Shown in pieces: positions 60,801 to 64,000 of a DNA stretch of 64,000 nt (position 1 is its first letter; each line of letters starts with the position of its first letter). Under the pieces are notes generated by a model that was given only the letters and a program-made list of their open reading frames with translations, ran no database searches and was not told the origin of the DNA. Position numbers and translations under genes: made by a program. The stretch covers positions 288,001 to 352,000 of the forward strand of contig CAVOYH010000003.1 of assembly GCA_963700635.1 (NCBI GenBank), read 5' to 3'. This stretch comes from an uncultured Bacteroidota bacterium. GTDB taxonomy: Bacteria > Bacteroidota > Ignavibacteria > UBA10030 > UBA6906.

Positions 60801-61307
60801 GTATTCTGGAGAACCGATTCGCTCTCCGGCTCGTCAACACTCCTTGCAAATCTGGTGACCAACTTCCCGGTTGAATGGAACCGGAACGAAGCCAACTCCG
60901 GGCGCCTGCGACTCCGCTTCGCCCTGAACAGCCACGATGGCCCATTCAATCCGGACAGAACAACACGCCTCGGCTGGGAAGTGCAGACCGATTTTTTCAG
61001 CCGTGCCACACTGATCCGGAGAGTCCCGGCACAACAGAGTTATCTTTCGGTCACCGGCACCAGCGCGGTGCTCTCCGGGCTGAAGCGGGGCTCCTCGCCC
61101 GGCGAGACCGTCCTGCGTGTGACCAATGTGGACCCCGTCAACACGACCAGGGCAACAATTGCTTCGTCGGTCTTCCTGCCGGGGCGTATTATCCAGGCCA
61201 CCATGTTCGAACATCCCGGGAAGACACTCACTATCGCAGATTCGACGGTGACAATCGATCTGGGCCCTTCGGAAACGAAGACGTTGTTGATACGAAAGAA
61301 TCCGTGA
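57858..61307 (+). CDS. GH38-like glycoside hydrolase with an N-terminal beta-sandwich extension
   Basis: Signal peptide; HTDIGYT, NDVPG, DNG, NPLTW, PSETKT; ATGA overlap. Confidence 0.8.
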   Translation: MKPLLLILLISGSFLHAQEREDRHMVRTPLQPDGNISAWLVAGPYEQGIEGFGSWRSLDAIGEATIRPRTGMSLAAPLIAGGKTSWQPQSIDAHGYLDLNACLGWAIPGQTPEKVWWTKAGYAYAALESPVAQDLRLLAGTNSQLVVFLNGVQMYEFTGHRDARPDQDTVTLPLVAGVNHLLLKIGNSFKNHRSPFFGGITFGWGGFFRIVRSDGQPARDLSLVFEDLPVQSTMRLHPTIFFRREGTQLMQRHDLEIFSTAVDSSNGSLTVTGKGRNEQRKVRPIQWGWNRIPLWFAAADESVPVTCQLDFAGQHVTVADTLHAERHYELHLIFLTHTDIGYTHPQPVVQELHCTALDQVLALCRKHPDFRWTIETVYQLEQFQQSRAPAVLEELYRYMREGRIALSPISTNPYTGWVSEEEMIRSMMPGEEIRNQLGITTPGAMYNDVPGLAWMIPRVFHDAGVKLLVCGLNEVYGGYTLQKSLPKAFLWQGADGTRLPVYRTETYTEGTDYGLERELPVIAHRMWERLHRLRSLGEDRTMVLLNSAWFDNGPPAEHQFEAAKKWNAEYAYPRFVITTLADAATAFLRKYETSLPVLRGDWTSSWDMLFQGEPERVISQRSTQQQLIEAEALDAVTTTLRPDILPATRAADRAYASLLEYSGHGSGLEAGLGTPGENSLTMGIREHYLRNAATTATTIYSRAITRIVRAEEAFEAEGLILINPLTWHCTVPVEVELKDSSDRQFRLTDLVTGRTVPSFRKGYRLSFVAPDLPPLGFKKFEMAAGSKGVSLSGTSDLFMTEASIENGRYRIGVDRVTGQITSIVDKQQQRELVRSGGIPFGGPVIQRGFEDQKFEPVRATGVTVALADERPVRLVLSLLRPGEVVEKTEYILWSGVDRVDIAHTVHLDALRPPREVEVFAAGFPLSFGGTATPYMDILGGFLHAPADRLAGALTDVYSIRRAVALSDGRTSVSFAAADSRIVFWRTDSLSGSSTLLANLVTNFPVEWNRNEANSGRLRLRFALNSHDGPFNPDRTTRLGWEVQTDFFSRATLIRRVPAQQSYLSVTGTSAVLSGLKRGSSPGETVLRVTNVDPVNTTRATIASSVFLPGRIIQATMFEHPGKTLTIADSTVTIDLGPSETKTLLIRKNP

Positions 61308-61429
61308 CACAGAAAGTTGAGTCCGTACTAAAAGAGAAAGGAAACTATGCACGATTCCGGTATTCGTGAGTATTCATACGATTCCAGCGTTTCACCCAAC
61401 ATCCATTCACTTAACAGAGGAGTCATTCC

Positions 61430-62272
61430 ATGAATTGGAAACGACTTACTACAACGTTGGTGATTCTTGTGCTGCCCCTGCTCCTTACACACTGTCTGAT
61501 CACCGGGGTGCAGCAGCCGGCTGCGGCAACCGCCAACAGCAACATAACCACGATCGTCACAATCACCGATGACATTGTCCCGGAGAGTAACCCCCATAAG
61601 GGCGTCTTGTGTGTGCTGGTGCCGACGGACTGGAGTTTTGTCTCCGGAACGTATTCGGCGACACTGGACAATGGTTCAGCGCTCGGGAACGGCACCATAG
61701 TGCTGGCGGCGAACTGGGCGGACTCTGCTGCGACGGTTGTCCCTCCACCCGCCGGTTACAAGTGGATCGGGCTCCTTTCCAGTGCCGGATATACCTACTC
61801 GGACACCATTTTTGCTGAAGCCTCCGTCACCCTCAAGGTTGGAACGAAGAACGGTGTGTACAACATTGGTTATCTTACCACCAAGAACACAGGCGATCTT
61901 CTTTCTCACCTCGGACCTCCGGACTTCTGGGCTGACACCGCAATGAACTTCAAGATTACAGTGACCGGTGGAACCTCCGTGGAGGAACGTTCCCTCGGAC
62001 GGATTCCCGATTCGTACGGACTTTCCCAGAACTTCCCGAATCCTTTTAATCCGTCAACAGCGATCCGCTTTGCGCTGAAGGAGCGTTCGACCGTCCGGTT
62101 GTCCGTCTTTGATGTCACCGGCCGGGAAATCGAGACGCTCGTCGACGGTGTCCGCGACGCAGGAGAGTACGAAATTACCTTCTCACCGGAGAACCTTTCG
62201 AGCGGTATCTATCTGTACCGTTTGAGGACGGGTGATTTTGTCAGGACAATGAAGATGGTATACACACGATAA
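61430..62272 (+). CDS. Small T9SS cargo protein
   Basis: Signal peptide; QNFPNPFNP...SGIYLYRL CTD. Confidence 0.85.
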   Translation: MNWKRLTTTLVILVLPLLLTHCLITGVQQPAAATANSNITTIVTITDDIVPESNPHKGVLCVLVPTDWSFVSGTYSATLDNGSALGNGTIVLAANWADSAATVVPPPAGYKWIGLLSSAGYTYSDTIFAEASVTLKVGTKNGVYNIGYLTTKNTGDLLSHLGPPDFWADTAMNFKITVTGGTSVEERSLGRIPDSYGLSQNFPNPFNPSTAIRFALKERSTVRLSVFDVTGREIETLVDGVRDAGEYEITFSPENLSSGIYLYRLRTGDFVRTMKMVYTR

Positions 62273-62366
62273 GAACACCGTATGAATGCCGGCGGGGGTT
62301 GTGTGCCGCGGAATGTTCCCGCAACCAACCCTCGCCCGGTACTCTGCGCTCTCCCCGGGAAACCCC

Positions 62367-64000
62367 ATGATACCGAATGTTCAAGACTGCGCAAGCGATC
62401 CTCTTATTCACACGTTCGGGGATATGTTCAATCTTCCCGGCCTGACCAACTTTCTGGGCTGCGTACAGGTGGATCTGGACATCACAGGGATTCGCAGTCT
62501 GAATTTTCCGCCATTTGCAACGTCAGACACCACAACGGGGTGTCTGTACCTTGACGGAGTATTCTTCAAGGCCACCGCAGCGCCTATTACATTTGTCTGG
62601 TACCCGGACCGCATCGAACGCACTGCGGAACATGCCGGCATCAGGTTCCATTCGGTAACGGTTCTGGCAGTCGGAGAAATGGCCGCACTGGTGAGACTTG
62701 AGGTAGAAAACCGCTCGGGGTCGGCCCGCACCATAACATTAAAATACGGGCTCCGCGGAGGTGTCACGAGGTCCGATGCCCCCTGGATCACGGCAATCCC
62801 GCCGTCGGAAGAAAACAATACTGTCCACGTTGACAAACATCACGGGGTCCTGCTCTTCTCTGCGCAGGCGTCACATGCGGTGTCCTGTCAGGGTATCGTT
62901 CCCGCCCCCGCCGGCATGACATCCAAATCAATGACGATTGACTTGTCACTCGCTCCCGGCGAGAAACAGGTTATGACCTGCATCAACACGATCGGGGGTA
63001 CGGCGGACGAAGCACTTGCGTGTTATCGGCGGGTGGCCTCATCGCCCGATAAAATCATTCTTGCAGCAAGAGAGAACTGGAATCAGGAACTTGCCGCGGT
63101 GTTCACTCCGGGCAACAGCCGTTACTCCGGCTCTCTGCCCGTTCTCGAAACCGTGGACCGAGAGATCGCCCGGATATATCATGCTGGTATTCTGGGCGTC
63201 ATTTCCTTCAAACGTGACACACCCTTTTCGGTAATAGGCCGCTCGTATGACACGCTCATGCCCAAATGGTGGCAAACCGTCACGTTCCTCTGGGACTACA
63301 GTCTGAGTTCGATTGTCCATGCCCTCCTTGACCCGGACGTGATGAAAAAATATCTCCACCACTGGATGAAGAGTGATATCCACAAACACTTTGGCACTGA
63401 GTATCTCACCGGCGGGCCGGTTGGTCCCTGGTATTCGGTGAATGACTTTGCGATGGTCGGGCTGGCCCGGGACTACGCCCGCTGGACCGGGAAGATGGAG
63501 TGGCTCAAGGAACAGGTGGCAGGGCGTCCTGTCCTCGACTATCTGACCGACTACGCACACAACTGGAAGCAGTTCCGCCAACCGGGCGGCCTGGCTGACT
63601 ACGGCGGACTGTTGAACCTGCTCGAGTGTGTGAGCACCTATGTCCACCAGGTTGCGAGCCTGAATGCCGCAAATGTGTTTAACCTGCGGACCGCTGCCGA
63701 CTTTCATTCCATCATGGGAAACAACGAACAGGCACTCACCCTTCGCACTGAAGCACAGGAGCTACTCCGGGATATCCTCCCGCTCTACAATGAAGGGAAA
63801 GGATCCTGGTCCGCCCGATTCCCTGATGGATCCCTGGTGGACGTCCGGCACTGCTACGACTTCTTCACGGTCATGAACACGATCGGAGCCGACCTCTCGG
63901 AACGGCAGCGTGAGGAAATGGTGGCATTCTTCCAGCGGGAATTCCAGGCCAGCACGTGGATGCATGCGCTTTCCTGTGACGACGATGACGCGATGTTCAG
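62367..64000 (+). CDS. Partial ORF, putative (alpha/alpha)6 glycosidase-like protein (runs off window)
   Basis: Manual translation MIPNVQDCASDPL...TLMPKWWQTVTFLWDY...WYSVND...LLECVSTY...WMHALS; same frame at start, middle and end. Confidence 0.75.
   Translation, partial: MIPNVQDCASDPLIHTFGDMFNLPGLTNFLGCVQVDLDITGIRSLNFPPFATSDTTTGCLYLDGVFFKATAAPITFVWYPDRIERTAEHAGIRFHSVTVLAVGEMAALVRLEVENRSGSARTITLKYGLRGGVTRSDAPWITAIPPSEENNTVHVDKHHGVLLFSAQASHAVSCQGIVPAPAGMTSKSMTIDLSLAPGEKQVMTCINTIGGTADEALACYRRVASSPDKIILAARENWNQELAAVFTPGNSRYSGSLPVLETVDREIARIYHAGILGVISFKRDTPFSVIGRSYDTLMPKWWQTVTFLWDYSLSSIVHALLDPDVMKKYLHHWMKSDIHKHFGTEYLTGGPVGPWYSVNDFAMVGLARDYARWTGKMEWLKEQVAGRPVLDYLTDYAHNWKQFRQPGGLADYGGLLNLLECVSTYVHQVASLNAANVFNLRTAADFHSIMGNNEQALTLRTEAQELLRDILPLYNEGKGSWSARFPDGSLVDVRHCYDFFTVMNTIGADLSERQREEMVAFFQREFQASTWMHALSCDDDDAMF

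Overview
GC-rich bacterial window, most likely from an Ignavibacteria-like FCB-group organism. This is inferred from six proteins with T9SS-type C-terminal sorting domains (NxPNPFN-like), a PorV-family gene and a TonB receptor, alongside sigma70/sigma54-type promoters and an ABC sugar importer. In order: a sigma54-driven TPR/GT2/methyltransferase cluster; PepSY-TM, DUF4920 and nrfHA (NrfA with CxxCH at heme 1); tRNA-Val; thioredoxin; a hydroxyproline dehydratase (HypD) operon with activase and Xaa-Pro peptidase; tRNA-Gly. Next is a putative novel lipid/signal biosynthesis operon (UbiA, DAG/sphingosine kinase, divergent ThiL, SPT-like, B12 radical SAM). It is flanked by a T9SS Zn-phospholipase-C-like protein and an OmpR-type two-component system, and three of its promoters share a triple 11-bp-period xTGACA repeat. 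Last is a large SusD-less glycan locus (GH97, GxGYxYP, UroD/MtaA, broken GntR, TBDR, CTD partner, PorV, two GH38-like enzymes, ABC importer). Several gene scars (pfkB, smpB-tyrS chimera, gntR) and single-base frameshifts are visible. All calls rest on motif reading by eye; no database searches were run.
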